Source of the DNA: an uncultured Nitrososphaerota archaeon
GTDB lineage: Archaea; Thermoproteota; Nitrososphaeria; Nitrososphaerales; Gagatemarchaeaceae
Direction of reading: 5' to 3'
Assembly: GCA_963718895.1 (NCBI GenBank)
Contig: CAVRAG010000008.1
Location: 320,001-384,000, forward strand
DNA: 64,000 nucleotides
The position numbers were made by a program, and so were the translations under genes. Shown here in pieces: positions 1 to 10,149 of this stretch (its first letter is position 1; each line of letters begins with the position of its first letter). The notes under the pieces are model-generated. The model did not search any database and was not told where the DNA came from. It saw only the letters and a list, made by a program, of their open reading frames with translations.

Positions 1-412
1 CGGCCGTGAGCAGGTAGACCAAGTAGAGCCCTGTTCGCTTCCACACTCCGGACCCGAACCAGTACCTGAGGAAGAAGAAAGCAGCCCAGAAGAAGAGCGA
101 TCCAAGGGCGAACAGGGACTTGTTGATCAGCAATGGCTGGGAGACCAGCGTCGAGTAAGGATAGATCAGGTAGCCCGTGACTCCCGAGAGGATCAGGAAC
201 AGAACGGCCGCGAACGAGCCTACGTATGCGATCACGTCAGACGCGGTTCGTATGTTCTGGACGCGGGGCGAGGCAACCTTCCCTCTCGACGCGATGTCAG
301 CCAGGACCCTCACTGCCAGTGCCAGCATGATGAAGACTATGATGCCGCTGTGCTCCTCGACCACGAGGGAGTGCCAGATGTTGATTGGAACGCCGAAGAC
401 TTCCATTTCCAT
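1..412 (-). CDS. Multi-pass membrane protein, runs off the window start
   Basis: Hand translation MEMEVFGVPINIWHSLVVEEHSGIIVFIMLALAVRV...; several hydrophobic helices; ATG overlaps the upstream TGA (TGATG at 410-414); not in the ORF track. Confidence 0.75.
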   Translation of the reverse strand, partial: MEMEVFGVPINIWHSLVVEEHSGIIVFIMLALAVRVLADIASRGKVASPRVQNIRTASDVIAYVGSFAAVLFLILSGVTGYLIYPYSTLVSQPLLINKSLFALGSLFFWAAFFFLRYWFGSGVWKRTGLYLVYLLTA

Positions 413-1335
413 CAGCTCCTTTGGTACCTCATCATCACAATCAGCAGGAAGACGCTAAAGCCGATCACCACTATGGCCAGTTCCTCCCAGTAGTTTGAGA
501 CGCTCGGACCGGAGGGAGTGGTCTGGCTCGAGGTGGAAGTCTGAGAGGTCGTGGACGTGGTCGTGGTGGAGGTCGTGGAAGTGGATGACAGGCTCGACCC
601 TGTCGATGCTGAGCTCCCCGTGCCTGACGAGGAACTTGTGGTGGTCGTCGACGTGGTAGCTGCAGGCCCCAAGACCAGCGTGTACGAGTTCATGTTTGTC
701 GCCGCGTGCTGACCAGGATTGGCAAAAGCGCCTACCGCGAACCCGATCTCTATCGAAGAGCCTGCAACGAGGGCAGGAAACGGATCATATGGAGAGGCGC
801 CGTTAAGCTTGAACGGCCTGTAGCACTGGGCGGTGTAGGTCGACCCGGAGAGGGCCAGGGAACAGGTGGATTGCGATTTGTAGCCGTGGGATTCCACGGT
901 CGAAGGCGTTACTGCGCCCGCTGATATGAATTCGTCAAAGTTACCTTTGAAGGAGGGGCTCGCGAGGACCATGATGGTAGGAGTCAGTGCTGAACCCATC
1001 TCGGCGGTGTTATTCAGGAACCCCAGTTCTACGCCCCCAAAACAGGATTGACTCGAGCACATGAGACCTCCGTTCGCCCACTGCATCAAGAAGAGAAGCC
1101 CGGTCGAGTTGTACTTGAACGCCACAGTCATGCCCGCCGTGGATACCGTGATCATCTGGGTATCGGTCCATTCACTCGGGGAGTACGGGGCGCCGATGTT
1201 CACCGGGATCTGCGCCGATGTCGCGGTGATGGCCGTAGCCGTCTGGGCCCTCGCCTGCTGGACGGGCGCCACGGAGAGCAGAACAAGGAACATGATTGTG
1301 ACCGGAGCAATGAGACTCCATTTGCGGATAGCCAA
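412..1335 (-). CDS. Secreted, membrane-anchored protein with DOMON-like domain and Ser/Thr linker
   Basis: N-terminal signal peptide; 'PSEWTD...VAFKYNSTGLLFLMQW' pattern resembles DOMON/CBM9-like folds; long S/T tract; C-terminal TM helix. Confidence 0.6.
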   Translation of the reverse strand: MAIRKWSLIAPVTIMFLVLLSVAPVQQARAQTATAITATSAQIPVNIGAPYSPSEWTDTQMITVSTAGMTVAFKYNSTGLLFLMQWANGGLMCSSQSCFGGVELGFLNNTAEMGSALTPTIMVLASPSFKGNFDEFISAGAVTPSTVESHGYKSQSTCSLALSGSTYTAQCYRPFKLNGASPYDPFPALVAGSSIEIGFAVGAFANPGQHAATNMNSYTLVLGPAATTSTTTTSSSSGTGSSASTGSSLSSTSTTSTTTTSTTSQTSTSSQTTPSGPSVSNYWEELAIVVIGFSVFLLIVMMRYQRS

Positions 1336-1581
1336 GCAACTCGCTTGGGGCTCGTCTTACCGTTGACTAAATAAACACCGACACCGATTCTCAGGCTTGA
1401 GAATCACAAGACAGTCGTTCAGCGCTTCCGCCCGGCCTGGAGGACGCACTGTCCAATGGATCCTCGCTTCGCCGAGGACAACCTCTGGTACAGTGACCTG
1501 CGAGACAAATCCGTGATCGGTGGGCCGAGCGACGAGAGGAGGTGCGAAAATGCGACTGGTCGCCGACCCTCGGCGCGACGG

Positions 1582-3169
1582 CTACCGCATCTTCAGGTAC
1601 CTGTCGTTTCCTCGCGCGTCGACCGCATGCACAGTGCACGCCAGGCACAGGTCGAATGACCGTATCACGTAGGCCGTCTGTCGCAAGTCATCATCAGTTC
1701 CGGCGCTTCCCACAGGCGTACCCACAAGCGCACCCTCCATAGGCCCGTTCGGGCAGACGTTCCAGGTCGTTGGCGCTATCACCTGATAGTTGTCGACCTT
1801 CTGATTCTTTATGCTTATCCAGTGCAGCAGGGAACCTCTCGGTGCTTCCAAAAGGCCGATTCCCGTGGCCTGGCCAGGGTTCTGATAGGAGGGGTTGTAG
1901 GATGACGAGCCTACATCCATGGCTTTGAGCCAGAACTCCATCAAGCCCGATTGGGGCAGTCCGAGTGCGTTCAGGACATCAACCAGCGACAGGTTCAGGT
2001 TCTGTCCGAGGACCTGGAGGTTCGGGGTCGTGTTGTTGGAACCGACCAGGGCCACGAGTTCGACCGCCCTCGCGACCATCCTGTCGAAGACCGAACCCAT
2101 CGGGTTGAGCGGCAGTCCGGGGACGCCTGGGATGATTCCGTGGATGACCTGCCCGAGCTTCGGGTATATGCCAGAGACGTACTCTCGCGCGAGAGGCCCT
2201 GACTCGCAGAACTGACCGCTGTACTTTGGAGCCTTCCCCCAGGTGTACGCTTGGGAGTTCGTCATGTCTGGGACAGGTGTCTGCTCTCCTATCACAGGCT
2301 CCGGTGTCGGCTGATCGTACCAAGAGAGGGAGGTATCTTCTGTGATTTGGGTCGGGTCGAAGGGGACGGGTGTGGTGCTCGGGCTCAGTATGACTCCTCT
2401 AGGAAGTGTCAGTGGCATGTTGCTCGTGCGGCTGGACGTGGTAGGGTCCTGGAATGCACCCATCGCGACGAAGCTTCCCGACCCGCTTCCAAGGGCAGCC
2501 AGCGAAGCCGCGTTGGCGGTGAAGTAGTTCCAGATCGACCGGGGCCGCGATGTCGAGCGTCGTCCTGAACGTGGCAATTCTCGACAGCGTCTGCTCGATC
2601 ACGTCGGCGGTCGGCCTGACAGGGTTTCCTCCAGGTATCGAGCCCCTCTGGTGGGGCGCCTTCCCGCCCCAGAGCGTGATTATCTGGTGCATCAACGCCT
2701 GGGCAGGGATTATCACTACCCTCAGGAGATCCGCGTAACTGTTCACGACTATCGACTTCGAGAGCACGTCGAGAAGGCCGTAGAGCTTGTAGTCGGGTCC
2801 CGCGAGCGCCAGAATGTGGGCCGCATGCGAGTACGTCCAGTCAGCACCGAGGATGACGTTACGGGCGAGCACTGCGTTCGCCGGCAGGGATGTCGTCTCG
2901 TTCGCATAGCCGTTGGTGTACTGGGTCATACCCGCAGCGTTCTCGACCGCCCTGACCGAAGCGATGTGGTGGTCGCTGTGACAGACTCCGCAGATGGCGG
3001 AGAGTATGGGCGCGCAGTCCCTGGGATCCCTGTTGAGGACTATGTTCTCGAACCCTCGGTACATGGACGCGGTGTTTCTCGCGGTCTTCACGGCACCGTT
3101 CTCGACGTCGAGCTCCAGCTTGAGGTGGCCTTCGATTCTAGTTACAGGATCGATGATGATTGTCGGCAT
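1582..3169 (-). CDS. [NiFe]-hydrogenase large subunit (group-1-like), frameshift near 2540
   Basis: DPVTRIEGH, RGFE, L1 ICGVC, EAPRG, PTTWN, L2 DLCLACTVH followed by a cleavable C-terminal tail; split over ORFs 2399..3169 and 1582..2577. Confidence 0.95.
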
Positions 3170-4094
3170 CAGTTTCCACCCTCCGCCTTGAGCCTCTCGA
3201 GTTCGAGAGGGTGTTGGTCGCGCATCTCTTCCTCAGATAGCGTTCCTGTCAGAAATACTTTGTTCATCGGGAATTCGCGTGGGTTCCAGTGTGTCTGATA
3301 GAAATGGAATACCAGGAGAAAGAGCACGGCGAGCATCGCCTCGTCGGTATGAAAGACGAAGGGGAGACCGTCGAGGAAGGTGGAACCATACGCCCAGAGG
3401 ATGACTCCGGGGACAGCCAATATTATCATGCCCCAGTATATGCCCCAGTAGTCGAACTTCTGACCATAATCGTACTTTCCGTACTTCGGTCCTTCCTTGG
3501 CCCACCCCAGCATGTGCTTCATGTTCTGTATGGCGTCGGTGATGTCACCCTTACCGATCATTATGGGCAACGGTGCAGGTTCGCCACGAGCGCGCCTTGC
3601 GAGATACTGCGCGGTGTAAAACCCAAAGTGGTAGAGTACGAGCGCGCCGAGGAATAGTGCAGCCAAGAGGTGGACGTCCATGCTAATCGCCAGACCGCCC
3701 ATCGCGTTGATGACAACGCGCCCCACGCCTCGTAGTACAGCTGCGCGAAACCCGTCACCGCCAGGATTGCGGTGGACGTGAACAGCCAAATGTGCTGCAC
3801 CCTCTGGTTCAGGTCGAACCTCTTGACCTTAGGTCCCTCGACGCGCCTTCCCACGCCGCTGGCGGCTTTGTAGACGAGGTCCAGTCCGTTATGGAAGATC
3901 GCGAACAGGATGAGGCCGGTTATGAGAAGCTCAAAGAACAGATTCACGAGATAGGGGAGACCCAGCGACCAAGGAGTGGTGAGAATCGGGCTTACGACGT
4001 CGAAGACCAGCCATGAGAAGGCGATTCCGGCGACCATCGCGAAGACGACAATGCTTTCCAGGTTCTTGCCCGAGAACGGATGATTCACGGCCAA
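3169..4094 (-). CDS. Hydrogenase/formate-dehydrogenase-type cytochrome b subunit, frameshift near 3720
   Basis: KRFDLNQRVQH, GKYDYGQKFDYW and conserved His residues in TM helices; lies between the small and large subunits. Confidence 0.85.
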
Positions 4095-5279
4095 TCACCC
4101 CTTGGGGGGTGCGTCGGTCGCCGTCTTCTCCTCCTTCTTGGCCTCCTCTCCCTTCTTCGACTTCATGGCGAGGCCGACTGCCAGACCGGCGCCCACGACC
4201 AGGGCGGCACCGCCGGCGAGTTCGAGCGTCGGGATGTCGACACCAGGGAAGTGCGGGACCGCTTCAAAGAACGAACTTGTGGGAGGGTCAGGAAAGTTCG
4301 GATGCATGCACCCCCAGCACATCGGGCCGGCCTGGGTGCAGAAGCTTAATCCGCCGTTCCACTTTGTCTCCGCACAAGCGGACACGGTTATCGGACCTTT
4401 GCACCCCAGATCCCAGAGACACTCGGGGTCGTCGAAGTTCGACGCGAACTGCCCTGCGTCATAGTAACCCCTTCTGGGGCAGGTTTCGTGTATGTAGCGG
4501 TTGAAGAACGCGGTCGGTCGTCCGAGGTCGTCCAGATCTGGTGCGAAGCCCTGGAGGACGGAGGCGAGCGTTATGAGCGTCCAGTCTGGGTGGGCGGGAC
4601 AGCCCGCAAGATTCACTACTGGGTTCTTGGTGGTCACACCTGCCATCTTCAGAGCTTCGGTCACGGGGACCGCGCCGGTCAGGTTGCCTTTGCCCGCGGG
4701 AATGCCGCCAAAGGACGAACACTGTCCCACTGCGATGACCCAGCTCGCTTTCGCGGCCAGCTTCTGTAGGAGCGTATAGGCGTTCACGTCATGGCCGTCG
4801 TACTGCCCGATCTTGCAGAAGTCACCCTGCGACCCTCCTTTGGGCGTCCCCAACTGAGGGGTTCCCTCGACCACGAGGACGTCGACTGGAGCGTCTCCGA
4901 AGGCAGCGTTCATGAGCGGCACCTGGGATTGGTCTTCCGTCGTCATGCCCGCGGTTACCCAGCCGGAACCACCAAGCTGGTAGTCAGGCGACATGAACGT
5001 GTCCCAGAAGTCGGCTGAGATGCTGAGGTTCTGGGCTGCTTCTATCAGGTCTGGGTTGGATGCCTGGAGCATGGAGACGGTGCAGCCCGAATCTCCGCCC
5101 ATGGGGAGCCAGATTAGGTGCACGTTCCCCCCGTTCTGCTGGGCGACCTGGGCAAGGGCCTGCTTGATTCCGGCAGAATAGTAGGTCACTACCGCCCCGG
5201 CTCCCATGAACGCGCACAGCTTCAGAAAATCACGCCTTGCGAATTTCGCCTTCGTTATTCCCGGCTTTTGCATAGCCAT
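4095..5279 (-). CDS. [NiFe]-hydrogenase small subunit with Tat signal and C-terminal anchor
   Basis: ARRDFLK twin-arginine motif; VGQCSSFGG, GCPAHP, HETCPRR, CLWDLGCKGP, CWGC; C-terminal TM helix. Confidence 0.95.
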   Translation of the reverse strand: MAMQKPGITKAKFARRDFLKLCAFMGAGAVVTYYSAGIKQALAQVAQQNGGNVHLIWLPMGGDSGCTVSMLQASNPDLIEAAQNLSISADFWDTFMSPDYQLGGSGWVTAGMTTEDQSQVPLMNAAFGDAPVDVLVVEGTPQLGTPKGGSQGDFCKIGQYDGHDVNAYTLLQKLAAKASWVIAVGQCSSFGGIPAGKGNLTGAVPVTEALKMAGVTTKNPVVNLAGCPAHPDWTLITLASVLQGFAPDLDDLGRPTAFFNRYIHETCPRRGYYDAGQFASNFDDPECLWDLGCKGPITVSACAETKWNGGLSFCTQAGPMCWGCMHPNFPDPPTSSFFEAVPHFPGVDIPTLELAGGAALVVGAGLAVGLAMKSKKGEEAKKEEKTATDAPPKG

Positions 5280-5563
5280 GAATAATCATAAAAGATGCCT
5301 ATCGTCCACTATTTAACGATGTCCAACGATTCTCAGAAAATGATAATGCGCCTGCACCCGACCAAACCTGGCGCGATGAGGGGACCCCGGACGATGATTG
5401 GGCATGCGGACCGGCCGTGTCTCAATCGATTGATTGAACTTGGGGTGAATTGAACTATCGGACTAGCGCGCACTCGCGGCGACGGCCTGAATTCTGTGCT
5501 AACTCAAAGAGGCGCGCACGGAAACCGGCCAAAGGCGTGGGATTGCTCTTGAGGGTCGTGCGG

Positions 5564-6361
5564 TTAGCCGCGTCCTCCGACGGTCAGCCGTTGGATGAGA
5601 TCTCTGAGCGCGGCCGAGGTGCTATTGTGTCCCCTAAGAATCTTGACCAAACCCTGAGAATTCACCTTCGGCTCCAGGGGTATCTCAGCTATTATCCTCG
5701 AATGGAGCGCCTCCTCCAAGACCCTCTTGTTTGCCCTTCCAAAGGGGTGCGTCCTGTGCCCCCCAAGGCTCTCCGCGAAGGCCATGTTGAGGACTATGCC
5801 CTCGACCGGGACCCCCTCCGACTCCGCCAGCCTCCTCAGTCGGGAGACCACGCTTATCGCGTTCAGAGAAGGGGTGGTGACCAGAACAATGCTTGACTTG
5901 CCGGCGAAAAGGTCGAACGCGGAAAAGTGCTCATCTCCAGTGGAGGGAGGAAGGTCGACGACGAGATAGTCGAGCGCACCCCAGTCTGTGAGAGCCAGGA
6001 GGTGCGTTATGAAATCCTGCTTCTCTTCTCCACGCATCGGGACAGGATTGTTGCCCGCGAGCAACGCCACCGACATCACCTGCAAGCCCTTCGTCACCTT
6101 GGGTTGCAGGCCATTCTTGCTGCTCTTGAGGGGAGGCCTCACCTCGAGGTAGTTCGGAACGCTCGCACCATGTATGTCAATGTCGAGGATACCGGTTCGG
6201 TATCCTTTCTCAGATAGCAGCAATGCGATGGCACACGAGACGAAGCTCTTTCCAACGCCTCCCTTTCCGCTCCCCACCAGGATCACCTTCCCAAACTTGT
6301 CCACTCTCCTCCGCGCCTCCTGTTTCTGGAACGAAAATCGGCGCTTCTGGCTACTCTTCAT
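5564..6361 (-). CDS. Mrp/MinD-family P-loop ATPase, probable ATP-type HypB
   Basis: GSGKGGVGKS, DIDIHG, VDLPPSTGD; lacks the Mrp C-terminal CxxC; ATGA overlap with hypA; start taken at MKSSQ. Confidence 0.85.
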   Translation of the reverse strand: MKSSQKRRFSFQKQEARRRVDKFGKVILVGSGKGGVGKSFVSCAIALLLSEKGYRTGILDIDIHGASVPNYLEVRPPLKSSKNGLQPKVTKGLQVMSVALLAGNNPVPMRGEEKQDFITHLLALTDWGALDYLVVDLPPSTGDEHFSAFDLFAGKSSIVLVTTPSLNAISVVSRLRRLAESEGVPVEGIVLNMAFAESLGGHRTHPFGRANKRVLEEALHSRIIAEIPLEPKVNSQGLVKILRGHNSTSAALRDLIQRLTVGGRG

Positions 6362-6795
6362 TCCAAGACCAGCTTCCTGATTTGCACGTCCTCTCCCTCC
6401 GTCACCTCGACGTCGGAACTCCCGCACTTCGGACAGTGGATGAAGGCTGGGTAGAGGTAGGGGAGGAAGTGCAGCGGCAGTTCGTCGCTGTCGGGTTCCT
6501 CCACCAGGAGGTCCTCCGGCACGGCACCTAGCTGCCGCTTCGCCTCTTCCATGCCCCATCTCGACGAGCACCTTCGGCACTCAAATGCGGCACGTGTCAT
6601 CTCGATCCTGACATGACAGTCCTTGAATTTCCCGCCTGCCGTGAGCATCTTCAGCGCGTCTCCGAGCACCTTCATATCCACCTGCATCAACTCGCCCACG
6701 TCGACCCACAGTTCCTTCACTTTCTCCGCCTTGTGCTTGTCGGTCTCGGAGAGAGCGAAATCTGCTATGCTCTGGGCGACGCTTAGCTCGTGCAT
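6358..6795 (-). CDS. hypA: Hydrogenase nickel metallochaperone HypA
   Basis: MHELS N-terminus; two CxxC (CRRC, CPKC) with a long spacer. Confidence 0.95.
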   Translation of the reverse strand: MHELSVAQSIADFALSETDKHKAEKVKELWVDVGELMQVDMKVLGDALKMLTAGGKFKDCHVRIEMTRAAFECRRCSSRWGMEEAKRQLGAVPEDLLVEEPDSDELPLHFLPYLYPAFIHCPKCGSSDVEVTEGEDVQIRKLVLE

Positions 6796-6897
6796 CTTCA
6801 ACCAATAACTTGGAGACCTCCGTATTTGAGCCTTTGAATGGATCTGCACGGGTGGTTAGGGAAAAGGTAAAATCATACTGAGAGGCGAATACGCGAG

Positions 6898-7404
6898 ATG
6901 ACTTGGACCGCCGAGCAAGATCCTGACCTTTCTCAGGTGCCGGTCGAAGGAAAGAGCGTCGTCATAGGCCTCGGCAATCCCTACATGAAGGATGACGGAG
7001 TCGGGATCGAGGTGGCGAGAGAGCTCGGACGTCGAGCCCTCGGGCCCGAAGTCCTCGTATTTGAATATCAGACACTGGAACTGTCTCTCCTCTGGCAGTT
7101 CAGAGGCGCTTCAAAGATAGTCATCGTCGACGCAATGAGGTCCGGAGGGAGGGTCGGAACGGTCACTACGCACGCAATCGCGCCCAGAGATGGACCTCTA
7201 GTCGACCTGCCCGGCCTGCACTCCCTACAGCTGTACGACATGTTCGACCTTGCAAACCAGTCTGGAACGCTTCCCTGTCCGGTGACCATTGTAGGGGTGG
7301 AGCCCTCGGACACCAACCCTGGTGAGGGGCTTACAGAACTAGTCTCGGCCGCCGTGATGCCCGCCGCAGACACTGTTGTTCATGCACTCTATGGTAGACC
7401 CTAG
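6898..7404 (+). CDS. Hydrogenase maturation protease (HybD/HycI family)
   Basis: GLGNPYMKDDGVG, IVDAM, LHSL motifs. Confidence 0.92.
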   Translation: MTWTAEQDPDLSQVPVEGKSVVIGLGNPYMKDDGVGIEVARELGRRALGPEVLVFEYQTLELSLLWQFRGASKIVIVDAMRSGGRVGTVTTHAIAPRDGPLVDLPGLHSLQLYDMFDLANQSGTLPCPVTIVGVEPSDTNPGEGLTELVSAAVMPAADTVVHALYGRP

Positions 7405-8687
7405 GCCTGCGCTAGAGGGGTCGCTGAGCGCCCCGGCTCGCGGAGGAAGATTGCCACGATGAAAGCCAGCGAGATCGGAATCATCGCGTCCAGGGCGACG
7501 GCCCTCCCCACGCCTAGTGTGAACAAAGACGCGGCGATGAATGTTGAGAAGATCGTTGCAACTGATTGGGCGGACGTACTGAGTCCCAACGCGCTTCCCG
7601 TCGTCCCGCCGGCGCTGTCGGTCATCAGAGATTGAACAACGGGGAATATGGAGGCACTGAAAAATCCCATCGAGAGCGCGGCGGCCATGTACAGCGCGAA
7701 GGTGGACGACGAGAAGAAGACGGCGTAGGAGAGGAAGGTCGCGAGAGTGACGGCGACCAGCAGCCTGTTCCTCCTGACAGAGTCGGATAGGCCGCCGAGA
7801 ATAATCTTCCCAAATGCGCCCGCAATCAGCACGGGCGAAGAGAGCAGCGAGGCAGAGAGGACCGTGAAGTGCATTACCTTGAAGAAATAGTATGGCAGAA
7901 AGACGACCTGCCAGACGCTCGCCCAGGTAGCCAGCAGGGCGAACACCATGATCAGAACCACGTTCCTTCGTCTGAGCAGCTGCTTCGCATCCCTTCCCAG
8001 GCGAATGCCACTGACGCCCTGACCGGCTGCGGCGAGCTTCTTCCTGGCAATCAAAGCTGCTGCTATGACGACCAGCCCGATGAGTGGGGCGAAGAAGAAC
8101 GCTGGTCGCCAGCTTGAGGTCAGGGTGTAGGCGACACCTCCTATCGCGAGTCCGGCGGTGCTTCCGGCATCGAACCCAACGTAGAATATGCCGAGAGCCA
8201 GCCCTTTGCGTCCCTTGAAGTAGGTAGCCACGCTCGCCATGGCGACAGGCCAGAAGGCTCCCTCCCCGAGCCCGCTGATAAGACGGAACGTGAAGGCCTC
8301 GGCGAAATTCAATGAGAACCCGATGAGCCACGTAAAAGTCGTGAAGAGAGCGAGGCCGCCGATTATCACCGGCCACCTCCCGTACCTGTCCGAGAGGTAC
8401 CCAGCGGCGAACACGATGCAGGTTACACCGATGTACTGGGCGGCGCCCAGAAGGCCTATCTCAGAATTTGTGAGCCCGAGCGAGGACGACACCGGGGCCA
8501 AGACAGCTGAGAGAACTGTCCTGTCGACTGCGTAGACGGCGTACCCCATCGTCAGTATGAACAACAATGCCGCGGACGGACCCTGGTGAGCGAGTGGCCC
8601 CAAGAGGCTCTTTGGTGAACCAAGCGCTGAGATCTTCTGAAGGATCCGATCGCTTCTTGACGCCGTAGTCCGAGCGCCTTTCTCCAT
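7401..8687 (-). CDS. MFS transporter
   Basis: GYLSDRYGR motif A; about 12 TM helices. Confidence 0.92.
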   Translation of the reverse strand: MEKGARTTASRSDRILQKISALGSPKSLLGPLAHQGPSAALLFILTMGYAVYAVDRTVLSAVLAPVSSSLGLTNSEIGLLGAAQYIGVTCIVFAAGYLSDRYGRWPVIIGGLALFTTFTWLIGFSLNFAEAFTFRLISGLGEGAFWPVAMASVATYFKGRKGLALGIFYVGFDAGSTAGLAIGGVAYTLTSSWRPAFFFAPLIGLVVIAAALIARKKLAAAGQGVSGIRLGRDAKQLLRRRNVVLIMVFALLATWASVWQVVFLPYYFFKVMHFTVLSASLLSSPVLIAGAFGKIILGGLSDSVRRNRLLVAVTLATFLSYAVFFSSSTFALYMAAALSMGFFSASIFPVVQSLMTDSAGGTTGSALGLSTSAQSVATIFSTFIAASLFTLGVGRAVALDAMIPISLAFIVAIFLREPGRSATPLAQA

Positions 8688-8691
8688 TCGC

Positions 8692-9480
8692 CTACCGCGG
8701 CTTGCGTAAGGCCACGAGCCGGTTTGTCGCCTCGATGTCCAGGGCGGTGTATGACCTTAGGTTCCCGAGCTGACGCGGCGTGAGTTTCTCGCTGGCGAAG
8801 TTCCAATGCAGGCTGACCCAGTTCCCTCGCCTGATGGTCGAGAAGGGGGAAATCTCGCTGTCGTAGTGGACCTCCCTCTTCTCGGGAGCCCCCAATAGAA
8901 GGTCTTCATCACGGAACGCGAGCGGCACCCTTTCTACGACGAGCGTCTTCTGCTTGACCTCGAGCACCCGTCCCCAGGACACCCTGCACGAATCCATCAA
9001 GTCCAGCAGTTTGCCTCGGTTAGCGGTCTTGATATTGGATCTTGCATACATCCCCAGCACATAGAACGTATGGTGCGGTTTGGCGATTGCCCCATACTCG
9101 CGGAAGAGCAGCTTTGTCTCCTCTTTGCTGACCCCGTCTTTCTTTCCAATCCTCTCTCTTGACGAACTAAGGTCTCTGTGGGTGAAGTCGAAAAACTCCG
9201 ATGGTTGCACGCCGTCGAGAAGGGAGTTCCCTATCCAGTAGGCTTCGGTAACCTCCTTGTCGAATGGTTGCCTGCCCGTGGATTTTGCTATCATTCGAAC
9301 GAAGGGATACGCCGCCTCGAACTTTTTCAGCGTAGATGTCAGGCCTTCGCTCACCGAGGAAGAGTGGAGATGCTCAAGTATCCTCCCGTTCTCGTCCGGC
9401 CCGCAGTAACCGAGGCTGTTGGGCTGCAGCGCGTGCTTCGCGTGGAGGAGCTCTCCCTCAATCTCCGACTTTCTCTTCAA
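8692..9480 (-). CDS. DUF6390-like protein
   Basis: PNSLGYCGP, EAYWIGN, PHHTF, DSCRVSWG, GNWVSLHW motifs recalled from this family. Confidence 0.7.
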   Translation of the reverse strand: MKRKSEIEGELLHAKHALQPNSLGYCGPDENGRILEHLHSSSVSEGLTSTLKKFEAAYPFVRMIAKSTGRQPFDKEVTEAYWIGNSLLDGVQPSEFFDFTHRDLSSSRERIGKKDGVSKEETKLLFREYGAIAKPHHTFYVLGMYARSNIKTANRGKLLDLMDSCRVSWGRVLEVKQKTLVVERVPLAFRDEDLLLGAPEKREVHYDSEISPFSTIRRGNWVSLHWNFASEKLTPRQLGNLRSYTALDIEATNRLVALRKPR

Positions 9481-9710
9481 GGCGCGGCCTCCCTGAGCCG
9501 GTTCATCTCCAACCGGAGGTCCCTCTTGAACTCGGCTTCTCTCTTTGTGATTCGCCCAATCGCTTGATCTGCGAAGACCTCGACGTAGGAACCCTTCCTG
9601 GCGCGCACCATCGAGACATCTACCTCGCCCACTTCACCGCTGTCGAGATAGAGCACCGAAGCAGCGGTGCTCTTGATCGAGAGGACCCTGCCGACCCTGG
9701 TGACGCACAT
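9477..9710 (-). CDS. hypC: HypC/HupF-family chaperone (atypical)
   Basis: MC N-terminus; OB-fold-like size (77 aa); hydrogenase context. Confidence 0.75.
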   Translation of the reverse strand: MCVTRVGRVLSIKSTAASVLYLDSGEVGEVDVSMVRARKGSYVEVFADQAIGRITKREAEFKRDLRLEMNRLREAAP

Positions 9711-9751
9711 CCGTTTTTTGCGACCTCCAGGCGTTAATAACTCTTGCAGGA

Positions 9752-9769
9752 ATTCTTGACGTCAAGAAT
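9752..9769. promoter_or_regulatory. Perfect 18-bp palindrome, candidate operator
   Basis: ATTCTTGAC|GTCAAGAAT just upstream of the TATA-like box (9734-9740) of the hypC unit. Confidence 0.55.
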
Positions 9770-10149
9770 CACCTCATCCTTGATTCCCCGTCCGAAGCAC
9801 CTGAATCAGATTCACGCCCAGGGGCAGGATTCCAAGGGTCCCCCGGTCGCGCTGGACGAGCTAGACGCCTCTGCCTTTGCGGTCGATGACCCGGTGAGAA
9901 TTCCAAGATGGGCTACGGTTCGCATACGCATATAGAATGCACGCAAGTGACTCAAGGATTGAGAACGACCTCTGAGCAAGCAGGTATTGCAAACCCTTCT
10001 TGCACTCACTTCGTGGGCCTCTCTGGTTCCCGATAGCGATTCCAGTAGCGGGCTTACGGGCGCGACACGTCCTCAGATGCCGTTGCCAACAATGAGAATC
10101 GCCTCCACCACTTAAATGGTTCACCAATGGTCCGGTGCGCTAGAGCGTA

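Noticed and set aside
500-670. Repeat array
   Set aside because: It is only the Ser/Thr linker coding sequence.
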